Assembly (NCBI GenBank): GCA_013239625.1
Contig: MU054323.1
Span: forward strand, 19,548,819 to 19,611,185
From: Lama guanicoe
Taxonomy: Eukaryota
Reading direction: 5' to 3'
DNA length: 62,367 nt
Shown here: one piece after another, positions 50,504 to 61,870 of the stretch
Layout of the letters: every line of letters starts with the position of its first letter
Numbering within the stretch: the first letter of the stretch is position 1
Notes under the pieces: model-generated
Told to the model about the DNA's origin: nothing
The model's database searches: none
Seen by the model: only the letters and a program-made list of their open reading frames with translations
Translations under genes and position numbers: made by a program

Positions 50504-51562
50504 ATTGTCTTATTTAATCCTTGGGTCAGAGACTTCATGATGTCCCCACAGTATCCACGGTAATAAAAATTTTAGCTGGGCACACAGCTATATTTCCAGT
50601 CTCCCTTACAGCTGTGTGTGGCCATAGGGCAATAATTAAAAGTATCTGTGGAGGCTTCCAGGGACACAGCACCTTCCTTAGGCATGTTTTTCCTCTCCCC
50701 TGACTTCACAGGGATTCCACCCACTATTTCTATAGCCTGAGAACCCAAAATGGATTAATCCATTGAAAACCTCTGCTTTGAATTTTTCCTGGTGATGGTT
50801 CAAATTGCTCACTATTCCTTGACTTCTCCATCTTACCTCCTATATACTGATGGTCTTTGTTCTCTCCTTCTTAAACCGACCTTAACTTAAAGGAAAACAG
50901 GTTGAATAATTTTCCTCTTGTCTTCTTCTTCCCACAACATTACAGATCCTCCCTCCTCCTCACCTCTTTCCAATCCATATGCAACACCACTATCCACCAG
51001 GACCCATTCTACTTCCCTGAGATCCCTGTGGCTCCTACTCTGTTTGCATCTGCTGACATCACCCCCACACACCCACCCACTCCATTTCGTTCCTTCCCAG
51101 TACTGACCTCCTGCCCTACGTCTTCTCACCCACTTCACATTTTCTCTTTTTTCCTGACTGCTCCAGTTGTACTGGGTCTCCTCATACTCCCTCTTAGGTT
51201 AAGAAGGAAAATATTATTATCCCCTATTATTATCAATGGGAAAAATGGAGGCACAAAGAGATGAGAGGATTTGTCCACAATTGCACAAAAGAGGGCAGGT
51301 GACACCATACCCTTTAGAATCACAATCCAGGGCCCTTCTTCTCCCCCTGCATTTCTTTCTTTCTCTCATATACCCTCCCAGATTCCCTGAAGATCAGGCA
51401 AGAGGTAGTGATTTTTACTGTCAGTGATGGGCACAGCTAGTGACTTCTCCAAGGCCCCTCACCAAGTCTGCAGTGAAATAAAAACTAAGTGGTCTTCATT
51501 CTACCCTTACCACACTCTACCTACAACAACCTAATATGAGAAAGCCAAGGAGGTGATGTTTT

Positions 51563-51588
51563 ATAGATATAGATATAGATATAGACAT

Positions 51589-51619
<31 letters not shown>

Positions 51620-51624
51620 CACAC
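51563..51624. repeat. Compound (ATAGAT)n/(CA)n microsatellite
   Basis: Directly visible. Confidence 0.9.
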
Positions 51625-53747
51625 AGTGCAGGCCGGTGCTGTACAGACTTCAACTGATGTACTTTCAGGTATGAAAAAGCAATGGATATAGTTTTCAATA
51701 GTGAGTCCCTTGATACTAGAGAAAACACACCCATGAAAATTCAGGAGAACCCGTGTGTTAGAAGTGTCAGCCTGAGCACTACCATTCACCAGGGCATGAG
51801 GAGAAACAGGGCTAAGAACAAAGTGCTAAATCATCTGTGTGACCTTGAACAAGACCTTTCCTCTCTCTAGAGAGTGCTTTCATCTTCAGCATCAGGATCC
51901 ACTGAAAGCAGGCACTCAGGTGCTCAGGGGATGCTGGGTGTCATACAGAAGCCACGGCAGCACTAAGAAGGCGCCCTCTAGAGACGGAGCTAAAGAAACA
52001 GGGGCTAGTTTATTTTATTTACTCAACCACTAATTTACAGTTTGAGGGGAAGTCAGAGAAGTCATGACTTAGCAAGGCCAGCTGTCTGTCTTAGCTGTCT
52101 TTGTGCCTCTAGTTTTTATCACCTACACAATGTCCTAAATATTTGATGAAGAAAAGAAGAAAAGGAATGAAATAGGAGTGAAGCCAGGAAGTTGACCAAA
52201 CATTCTTGTTTATTGGGTAACATGGCTTCATAGCCACATCTTCGCTACCTGAGAGGCTGAGACTGGAGAATAGCAGATTTTCTTTCAATATAATTTCACA
52301 GATTCATTTTTTAAGGAACTTTCAAACACATTATCATATTTATTGTGATATCAAAAAACAACTAACAGAGAAGATTCTATTATCAAAATTGTACTGTGAA
52401 GACCCTGACACTCAGGGATATTAAGGTAGCAGATTCCACATCCAGAAAGGGAAGGATCCAGATATTATAACCCAGAGCCTGTGCCTGTGTCAGGATCAGG
52501 TACTCAAGAAGCTGAACACTGTAGGAAAATCACTCACAAAGAGAGGGACGGAACCACCTGACATCACATATCACACTGTCAATGTCCACCTTTTGGAAAT
52601 GGCTGTTAGACATATAACCCTCACTACTGGCCCCCTGGATGGCCCGAGGACCCCAGCAGTTGCTTAGGAAAAAGGTAAGTGTAAATGAGTGTCCCTAAGT
52701 GCTGGCAAAGAACAGTGGGGAATGGAGAGTCAATAGGCAGTTACGTTCCAAAATTGGCCAGGGGTTGTGGGGAGAACACAGGAAATGAGACTTCGAGTCC
52801 CTAATACCTGCCCTGATTCAGTACTTTGAAACCTGTCAGTGCTCAACGACACTGAGCGCTGAGGCAGCCCGTGGACAGCAGTCCGGACCTCCTGCTGCCT
52901 ATTCAGATGGCTCTCTGGTTACTCTGGATTTGATGGTAAATGCTCAGACTCAAGCCATACAACCACAGTGGCTAGGGACAGCCTAAAGTTTCTTAATTAA
53001 GCATCTGCAGGCTGAGACGAAACTTCTGGTCTTGTTGGAGAAATCCTCCCACTGCATAGCTGCGTAAGTCAGTGGCTCAGCTGAGCAGAAAAGCAGCTTC
53101 TGAGTGAGTTGGTGAGATGAGTAAGACCATGCCCCCCCCCCCAGTGCAGGCCGGTGCTGTACGGGGGTTTTGGTTCTTCGTTTTGAAGGTGCAGGAATGT
53201 CTGAGAATAAGCGTATGTGGGAGAAAAGGATAATGGAAGGGAAGGAGCTGGGAGGTTGGAGAAAAGAAGAGGGAGCCCAAGAACTAAAGGAACCTGTGAC
53301 TCTGTGGGGACTGGGAATAGCCTGAGGCTTTGGGATCTCCCTCAGGAGAAAACCGTCCGTCCTCGGCAAAACAGCCTGGAAAAACCAGGTCAAGGGGCTG
53401 ACCATTTATTCACAAACACTTGCAACAACAGTAGCAGTATGGAGGCACTCTGTAGGCAGCTTGTAGGCTGCGGGCCACTGCCTGAAAGTTAAAGAGGAAG
53501 GAAAATAAAAATAGAGGGCAGGTGGAGAGAGACAGAGAGAGGTTGAGAGGAGCCCTCATTTCTGAGAACATATGAGTCACTCTCTGGGGATGCCTAGAAA
53601 AATCTGGGAGACTTTCAGGGGACTTAGTTCCTGCAGTTACAATGTAGGAATTTAGAGCTATCAATTTGTAAGTATTGATGACGATGTGGCCATATGTGAG
53701 TTCACATGCTGTTAAATCCTGAGACATCTGGATTACAGTAGTATTCC

Positions 53748-53860
53748 TAGGATCACCAACTCATTCCAATTTGCTTGGAACTTTACTGATTTTAGCAGTG
53801 AAAGGCCCATGTCCTAGAAAGCCCCTCAGTCCTAGGCAGACCAAAACTTCACCTCCTAAG
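53748..53860 (+). mobile_element. MER94-like hAT-Blackjack MITE
   Basis: taggatcaccaact...ttttagcagtgaaaggcccatgtcctagaaagcccctcagtcctaggcagacc. Confidence 0.7.
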
Positions 53861-54802
53861 TACCCCCTATCCACTCAACCCTTAGACTGAATGTGTCTCA
53901 CACTGGCCATTTTCTTAGTCTACATCAAAATGATTCAGCTAGACCCAGCAAAAACAAAAGCTGATGCCTTTCACTGCCCTAAGCCTCACTTGGGCTCCCG
54001 AAGTTGTGTTACTAGCCTAGTTAGACATCAAGAAGAACCCCAAGAGGAAACAATCTTAGATTGAAAGAAGTGAAAGAAACAATGGGCAATATCAAGGAGA
54101 TGGCAAAAATCCCCAGGACACAAAGTGCCACATACCAGATGTCAAGCCTTGCTTACTTTGGGAAGCTGCCAAGCACCTAATGAGGAAAAGAAGGGCTAGT
54201 TCAGATGCTTCTTTAAGAGAAACTAGCCAGGGAACAATTAAAAGCCGTGAATGAACAATTAGCCCAACTGCCAAAGACTTACAAACCCTACCTCAATCAA
54301 AACAGTTAACTGAAATTACTAGCCTTTGGAGGGGAATTACTCTTTTTAAAATCAGTGAGTATGTTATTAGGATGATGAAGAGCTGCAAGGAAAAGGTCAA
54401 TAAAGCACTTATTCAGAAAGAAGAGGGCCAGACTCTGTATTCAAAGTCACGGTAATTAAATCAACAATGTATTTAGCCAACATGGGTATCCTTGCACTAT
54501 TATGTTGAATATAATGGGGTATTATTCACTGTTCTAAGTTATTGTGGCGCACACAGGTTATCTACCAAACCCAGGCAGGGAAAATGGAAGCAAATGTAAA
54601 CCAAACAGTTTGCTATAGTCACCTAAATTCAGTCCTTGGAATGAGCATGAAATGGAGATCCCCAGATGTCATCAAGTTTGGTCTAGTTGGAAACCATTGA
54701 CTCTGAATTAAAGGCATCCTTGCTTTCATGTTCGTTATACAATAGATGTTCAACAAGATGTAATTTTAACTGCACTATTGTGGATATTCTAATAATTTCG
54801 AC

Positions 54803-55022
54803 CAGTGATCCTCAAAGAGAAGCAAATTTGTCCCCAGAGGACATTTAGCAATGCCTGCAGACATTTTTATTTGTCACTCCTAGGGGGCAAGAGTGGTTGC
54901 TATTGGAATCTAGTAGGTAGAGGCCAAGGATGCTGCTAAACATCCTGCAATGTACAGGGCAGCCCCCACAGTAAAGAACTCCCCAAACAAAATGTCAACA
55001 GTGCCAATGTTGAGAGACTTTG
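54803..55022 (+). mobile_element. MER20 hAT-Charlie
   Basis: ggacatttagcaatgcctgcagacattttt...gtagaggccaaggatgctgctaaacatcctgcaatg...aaaatgtcaacagtgcc. Confidence 0.9.
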
Positions 55023-55334
55023 ATTCAAATACACTCTTATTTGAAGTTTGATTTTGCTCCAACTACAGTAAGAAAGGCTTTCTTGACAAATTAATGGCAC
55101 TAACATGACAAATGAAAATATTACTTTGAGTAACAAAATTACAGTATTTGAGAAACTTCCTTGCATGTCAACATTGAGTGTAACAATGACAATTTTTTTT
55201 TCCTTAAAGCCAGGTATCAAGATTTTTAATTGGCAGTCTTTCATTAATTATTAGTTCTTCAGAGTATTAACACTATATGTTCATTCAAATCTTCCATACT
55301 TCAAATATTTTTACTTATTAAGGTTGAGTCTCTA

Positions 55335-55608
55335 TAAGTAATTCCTAACACAGCATGGAGACAATAGTTAACAAGACTATATTGTAGATTTGAAAGTTAC
55401 TAAGCGTGTAGATCATAAAAGTTCTCATCACAAGAAGAAACAAATTTGTAACTATGTGAGGTGATGGATGTTAATTAAACTTACAGTGATCATTTTCATA
55501 TATATGTGTATATATATATATAATATTTTCATACGTATATATAATTATGTTCTACACCTAAAACTAATACAATGCTATATGTCAATTATATATCAATAAT
55601 AAATAAAT
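55335..55608 (+). mobile_element. L1 3'UTR terminal fragment
   Basis: cagcatggagacaatagttaac...aaaagttctcatcacaag...gtaactatgtgaggtgatggatgttaatt...aaactaatacaatg. Confidence 0.85.
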
Positions 55609-56279
55609 AGACTGAGTTTCTCTATTGCACTCAGCCAACTATTCAAAATTAGTGAGTTTTCCCTTATTAAAATACATTTACATATATATAACTATATGTA
55701 CATACAATTACCTAAAATGAACTAATGTATTCATTTTAAGTTAATCAAAATTCTCCTTAATGAGAACTCAACTAAAAAGAGATTATATCATTTTTATGTT
55801 TCTTTATCTAGTTAACTAATCTTCCTTAGTTTCAAAAAATAGCAAAATACCACTTTGTCTCTTTGCCCAAAGAGACAGGAGCTAAATTTTTGGCTGAGGT
55901 TTAACTCTGTTTTCTATTCCCAAGCATTCAACATTTATTACCTGGGAGATTTCTTTGTCAACATAGCACAGTTACTGGAAGTATGTTTAGATTATATATG
56001 TTAATTCACATTTGACAAACTTGCCTCTCTGGTGCCTGCTGGGACACTAGCTAAATGTGTATCCTAGTTGTATTTATCCAAACTCCATAAACAGAAAATC
56101 CAAATCCCCACACAGGGCATAAAAACATGAATTACATGATCAAGTGAGAGTTCCTGAGGGAAATGGCAGCTTCCAAGGGGAAAAAAAATATTCCAGGGTA
56201 AGTCACAATCTTTGATGAGTCATGTGTTTTTCACCTTGACTTTCTCCAGAGAGGTGAAGGAGCACTGTTTGAAAGAACA

Positions 56280-56632
56280 TAGTAAGCAAAAATGTAGGTA
56301 AATACAAGTCTTTCTTTCTACTCTTGAGACTTCCAAATTATGTTTGATGGTAGAAATAAAAATTATAATACTGTCTGATATAGTTCTAACTGTACATAGA
56401 GGAAATATTTAAGACATCTTTATTATAAATAAGGAGAAGAAAAGGGACATAAAGAAAGGTAATATTTTTATATCACATGAAAAACTGACAAAACAATGAT
56501 ACCAAGACTGTGATAAGATGTGTGTGTGTGTGTATGAGAGAGAGAGAGAGAGAGATAATACCTAAAGGAACCACTCTACAGTAACCGCTGTGTAGAAAAC
56601 CATTCTATAAAGAGAAACACTCAAAGACGCTA
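56280..56632 (+). mobile_element. Old L1M fragment (probable inter-ORF region), with (GT)n(GA)n
   Basis: aaattatgtttgatggtagaaataaaaattataatactgtctgat...gtacatagaggaaatatttaagac resembles old L1M inter-ORF sequence. Confidence 0.5.
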
Positions 56633-58190
56633 TAAAGGAATTAAGAAAGCCTAACAATAGAGATGCAGATTACTATAAAAAGGAACTAGAAACTATAAAG
56701 AGGAGCCAATTAAAATTAGAAAATTCATCTGCCAAGACAAAAGCTGAGCTAAAGGCAATAAATAGCAAATTGGATAATGCAGATGGATGAAAAAGTGATT
56801 TGGAAGATAAAATAATGGAAATCACCCAATCAGAACAGCAGACAGAAAGATAAATAAGAAAAATGTAAGCAATATACAAGGCCTATGGGATAATATAAAG
56901 CATCCCAATCTACACATAATAGGGATCCCAGAAGGAGAAGAAAGAGAAAAGGGGATCAAAAATGTATTTGAAGAAATTATGGCTGAAAACTTCCCAAACT
57001 TAAAGAAGGAAACAGATATCCAGGTACAGGAAGCACAGAGGGTCCCAAATAAGATGAACCCAAAGAGACCTACACCAAGACATATTATAATTAAAAGAGC
57101 AAAAGTTAAAGATAAAGAGAGGATTCTAAATGCAGCAGGAGGAAAACAAAGAGTTAATTACTTTGTTTAAAGTAATCAGCTGATTTCTACAGAAATCCCA
57201 CAGGCCAGAAGGGAGTGACATGATATATTCAAAGTCCTGAAAGGGAAAAATCTGCAACTTAAGATAGTCTACCCAGCAAGATTATCATTTAGAATAGAAG
57301 GAGAGATAAAGAATTTTTCAAACAAGCAAAACTAAAAGAATAAAGCAATATTAAACCTACCCTAAAGGACATATTGAAATGTCTTTCTTAAATACAAAAG
57401 AAGCAAGAATATATAGGAAAGCGAAAATCACTATTGAAAATAAATCACTTAAATAAGCCAGTATAGAGATTTTTTTAAAAATCAAAAAAAAATTTGGTGA
57501 AATCAATGATAACTACAATGGCCAGCAAAAGGATAAACATGAAGATGTAAAAGAGGACATCAAAATCATAAAATGTGGGGGAAGAGAGTAAAACAATATT
57601 ATACATATTTCTTTTAGGATGTGTTTGAGCCTATATGGTTACCAGTCTATCACAGGTAGATAAAAGAATGGGTTAATATACTTGAAAAGCAGGGTAACCA
57701 CAAATCAAATACATGCATTAGATTCACAAAAACCGAAAAGAAGAGAACACAAGCATAATACAAAAGAAAAACCATCAAACCACAAAAGGAAAAGAAAAAA
57801 GAAAAAGAAAGGAACAAAGAAGAAATACAGAATCAACTGGAAAAAAAGGTTTAAAATGGCAATAAATACATATCTACCAATAATTACCTACTAAGTAAGT
57901 AGTTAATGGACTTCTAAGTGAAGTAAGCCAGAAAAAGAACAAAAAATAACATATGATACCACTCATATGAGGAATCTATAAAAAAGAAAAGAAAAAGAAA
58001 AAAGGACACTAATGAATTCATCTACAAAAGAAACAGACTCGCAAAGTAAACAATCTGATGGTTACCAGGGAAAGAGGGTAAGAAGGGATAAATTTGGGAG
58101 TTTGAGATTTGCAAATGTTAATCACTATATATAAAAATAGATTTTAAAATTGTCAATGGACTAAATGCTCCAATCAAAAGACATAGAGTG
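56633..58190 (+). mobile_element. L1 internal fragment: disrupted ORF1 (to about 57391), inter-ORF spacer, first ~26 codons of ORF2
   Basis: ORF 56979-57170 MAENFPNLKKETDIQVQEAQRVPNKMNPKRPTPRHIIIK is ORF1p; MAINTYLPIIT...VNGLNAPIKRHRV is the ORF2p start, split by an insert. Confidence 0.9.
57913..58151 (+). mobile_element. L1 ORF2-end/3'UTR fragment inserted into the ORF2 start
   Basis: ctaagtgaagtaagccag...gggataaatttgggagtttgagatttgc; flanked by gttaatggact (57902-57912) and gtcaatggact (58152-58162). Confidence 0.7.
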
Positions 58191-58835
58191 ATTTCACTGC
58201 AGATTTCTACTAAATGCTTAATAAAGAATTAACATCAATTTTACACATTCTCTTCCAGAATACAGAACAGAAAGAAATGGGTCCCAATTCATTTTATGCA
58301 GCTAGTATCACCCTGAAAATAAAACCAGACAAAGATAGTACCAAAAAAAAAAAAAAAACTACAGACAAATATCTTTCATGAACATTAATACAATAATCCT
58401 TAATGCAATATTAGCAAATAGTTTTTAGTAATATAAAAAATGTATAGGCCATGATCAAGTGGGGCTTATTCCAAGGATCCAAGGTTGTTTCAATATTCTA
58501 AAATCAATCAGTATTATCCACCATATCATCAGGCTAAAGAAGAAAAAACACATGATCATATCAGTCAATATAGAAAAACACTGGACAAAATTCAACACCC
58601 ATTCGTGATTAAGAAAAAACTCTCAGAAAAATAGGAATGGAGAACTACTTAAACTTGATTTAAAAAATCTACAATACACTTACAGCTAATATTACATTTA
58701 AAGGTAAAAAGCTGAATGCTTTCCTTCTAAGATGTGGAATGAGACAAAGATGTTCACTCTCACCACTTCTATTAAACATAGTACTGAAAGTTCTAGCCAA
58801 CATATTACGGCAAGAAAAGGAAATAAAAGGCATAT
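58191..58835 (+). mobile_element. Old L1M ORF2 reverse-transcriptase-region fragment (decayed)
   Basis: Decayed PNSFY.ASITL..KPDKD region; ORF 58739 begins [31 protein letters not shown]. Confidence 0.85.
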
Positions 58836-60100
58836 GGAGGTGGAGGAGGCCAAGATGGAGGAGTAGAAGGAGCTTGGAGCTCACCCTCTCCCACAAATGC
58901 ACCAAGACTCACATCCACAGACCCACTCAGCCAACCAGAGCACCTGCGGAACTCTGACAGAATATTGTCCTCTTAAAAAGAAAGAGATGCCAAAAATCTG
59001 GTAGGAGAAAAGGAAAAAAGAAAGAAGAAAAAGCAAAACAGTGCAGGACCGGTCCCGCGGGGAGGGAGCGGCAAAGGAGGACTGGCGCTTGTTCGCTGAA
59101 CCTCCCCCTCTCCAACGGAGAGGCCAGCGGGACGTAGGGGGAGCCTCCGAGGCTTGGATCTGTACAGAGCAGCCCTTGACCAACAGAACTAAGTTAAATG
59201 AGCACATAGGGTCCCCGCGACACCCAGCCGGAGACGACGGCTGGCAGCTGGGGCCGGGACAGGCCGCCTGAGCCGGGCCGGGGACGGGGACAGCTGCGCT
59301 GAGGCAGCCCCAGGGGACTGCAGGGGGCTGTGCGCTGTTGCTATGGGTGCACAGGGCAGAACAACCTGAGCCCTCCATAAAACAGCACGGCTGATGTGCC
59401 CTGAGGGGAAGGGTGCATATCCCCATCTTTGAAAACCTGGGGAAGTCTTTGGGTGAAGAGAGGCGGAGCTCAGGCCCAGCCGCCATATCCTCCTGTGCTT
59501 AGCACCCAGGCGGGGGCGGGGGTGAAACCTGAATCCACACCTAAGGGCTTAACAGCCTCAAAGGCCAGACGGAGACCCGAGGCAGATAGGATCCTTCCAT
59601 CCTGGTCCCTCAGAGAACTTGCTTCGCCAAGACAAACAGGAAGCTGGGTTTTGGTCCAGAGCAGGGGCAGGGCTGTTCCTCCGTCATCCCCGAGCCCGCC
59701 TACGGAGCGCCAACCCTAGGCAGAGCACGCAGCGACACAGAGCTATGGAGCGACCAGCGCCGGAAGAGGGAGGGCGGGGGGCTCCCCGCCTTTCTGGCAG
59801 GAATGCAGCTCCTGACGGCGCTGCTGAGAGGGGGCACGACCTGCCCTCCTGCCTGGCCAGTCTGCAACATCTGACTGCGGCATCAGGAGGGGCAGTGACC
59901 CGCCCGCCCATAGCAAAGGAGAGCTGCACCTGACCCAGTGTTGCGAGGGGGCACGATCTGCTTGCCAACAGGCACTGGGAGCAGCACAGACAAGGGCACC
60001 AATGGAGGGCCTCTGGAAACAGCAAGCTGAGCTCCCAAAACAGGGCGAAGACAGAAAGACTTCACATTAAGAGCACACAGTCTCCAGGAGAACACCGCCC
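58836..60100 (+). promoter_or_regulatory. L1 5'UTR internal promoter, CpG-island-like
   Basis: Abrupt GC/CpG-rich segment; caagatgg at 58851-58858 near the element 5' end. Confidence 0.7.
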
Positions 60101-60566
60101 CCCCCCTTTTTTAAAATCTGTTTTTACCTGTTCTATGTTCTATTGCCCTTTTAATTTTTACTTCTTAAACAATTATATATATATACCCCAAGTTTTAATC
60201 CCTTTTAAATTTTTAAAAAATATTTTTTATTATTATTTTTAAAAATCCACATCCTTTCATTTTTATTTCTCTTGGTTTTGATGTCCTGTTATTGATTATA
60301 TACAGGTTTCAAATACACTTTTTCCCTCTTTTCTCCTTTTTTAAAGGTTTTTAAAACACATCTCAACCCGATTGCTATTCTGCTTCAACTCGCTCTTCTA
60401 TTATTCATTATACACTGTTTTCAAACCTTTTTCCTCCCTTCTTTTAAAATTCTCTCTCTTTTTTTTAAGTTTTATTCCTACATAGGCATTAGATAGATAA
60501 ATAAATAAACTCCTTAAGGACCACAATAGATAACTGATACTCCATAAACCACAGTGCCAGAGAGAT

Positions 60567-61469
60567 ATGAGCAAGATGAAGAAGCAGAGAAATCATTCCC
60601 AATTAAAAGAACAAGAGAAATCCCCTGAAAGAACAATCAATGAAATAGACATTTATAGCCTACTAGATCAAGATTTCAAAAAAGGAGTGATCAAAGTACT
60701 GAAGGAACTAAAAGAGATAGTGTTTAGAGATAAAAAAAAAATGCCAAAACTGAAATGTAAGCTATAAAGAAGAGCCAAGTAGAATTGGTAAACTCATTGG
60801 CTGAGATGAGAAATGATCTAAAGGCTGTGCAAAGCAGACTAGATAATGTAGAGAAATGAATAAGTGACCTAGAAGACAGGACAATAGAAAGCACCCAATC
60901 AGAATAGCTACGAAATAAACAAATAACAAACAAATGAAAATAGCATAAGGGACCTATGGGATAATATTAAGCATGCCAATCTTCGCATAATAGGGGTCCC
61001 AGAAGAGGAAGAAAGATCAAAGGGGATTGAAAAGGTATTGGAAGAAATCATGACTGAAAACTTCCCAAACTTAGAGAAGGAATCAGATATCCAAGTACAG
61101 GAAGTTCAGAGGGTCCCAAACAGGAAGAACCCAAGCAGACCCACACCAAGACATATCATCATCAAGATGGCCAGAGTCAAGGATAAAGAAAGAGTCAAGG
61201 CAGCAAAAGAAAACCAAAGAGTGAGTTACAAGGGAACTCCCGTAAGGCTCTCAGCTGATTTCTCTACACAAACACTACAGGTCAGAAGGGAGTGGCAAGA
61301 TATATTCAAAGTCCTGAATGAAAAAAAGATGCAGCCTAGGATACTTTATCCAGCAAGGCTATCCTTTAGGATAGAAGGAGACATAAAGAACTTCACAGAC
61401 AAGAAAAAACTACAAGAGTTTAGCAACATTAAACCCATGCTAAAAGAAATATTGAAAGGTCTACTCTAA
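60567..61469 (+). pseudogene. ORF1: L1 ORF1p (RNA-binding protein), inactivated
   Basis: MSKMKKQRNHSQLKEQEKSPE... and ...ENFPNL...RPTPRHIIIKM...RLSADFS...YPARLSFRIEG...KGLL; frame lost at the A-run near 60732-60741, with further stops downstream. Confidence 0.92.
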
Positions 61470-61870
61470 ATAGAAAAGCAGCAGGATGCTAAAGAATGAG
61501 AAACTCACAACTGGAAAGGTGATAACTCATGAATTACAAATAAAATAAACACAAAATTGTAAAAGACATCTAAATCATTGAGAGTGGGAGAGGGAGGCAG
61601 GAAAATATAGATTTTTTATTTCTTCCTTTTTAAAATTTTTGTTCTCAGTAGGATGGGATTGAGATCATGTTACTATCAGTTTAATAAAAACAATTATAGT
61701 AATGGGCTAATAGACTTATAAAAAAGGGTAACCACAAGCCAAAAATTTACAAGGGAGTCACAAAAAGTAAATAAAATCCATGAAAATATAAAGGAAAATT
61801 ACCAAACTACGAAAGGAAGAAGAAAGGAACAAAGAGGAAACACCAAGTCAACTGCAAAGATAAGTTCAAA

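Noticed and set aside
59038..59054. acagtgcaggaccggtc in the L1 5'UTR resembling the 21-bp repeat at 51624/53142
   Set aside because: Short, gapped, partial match; compatible with chance
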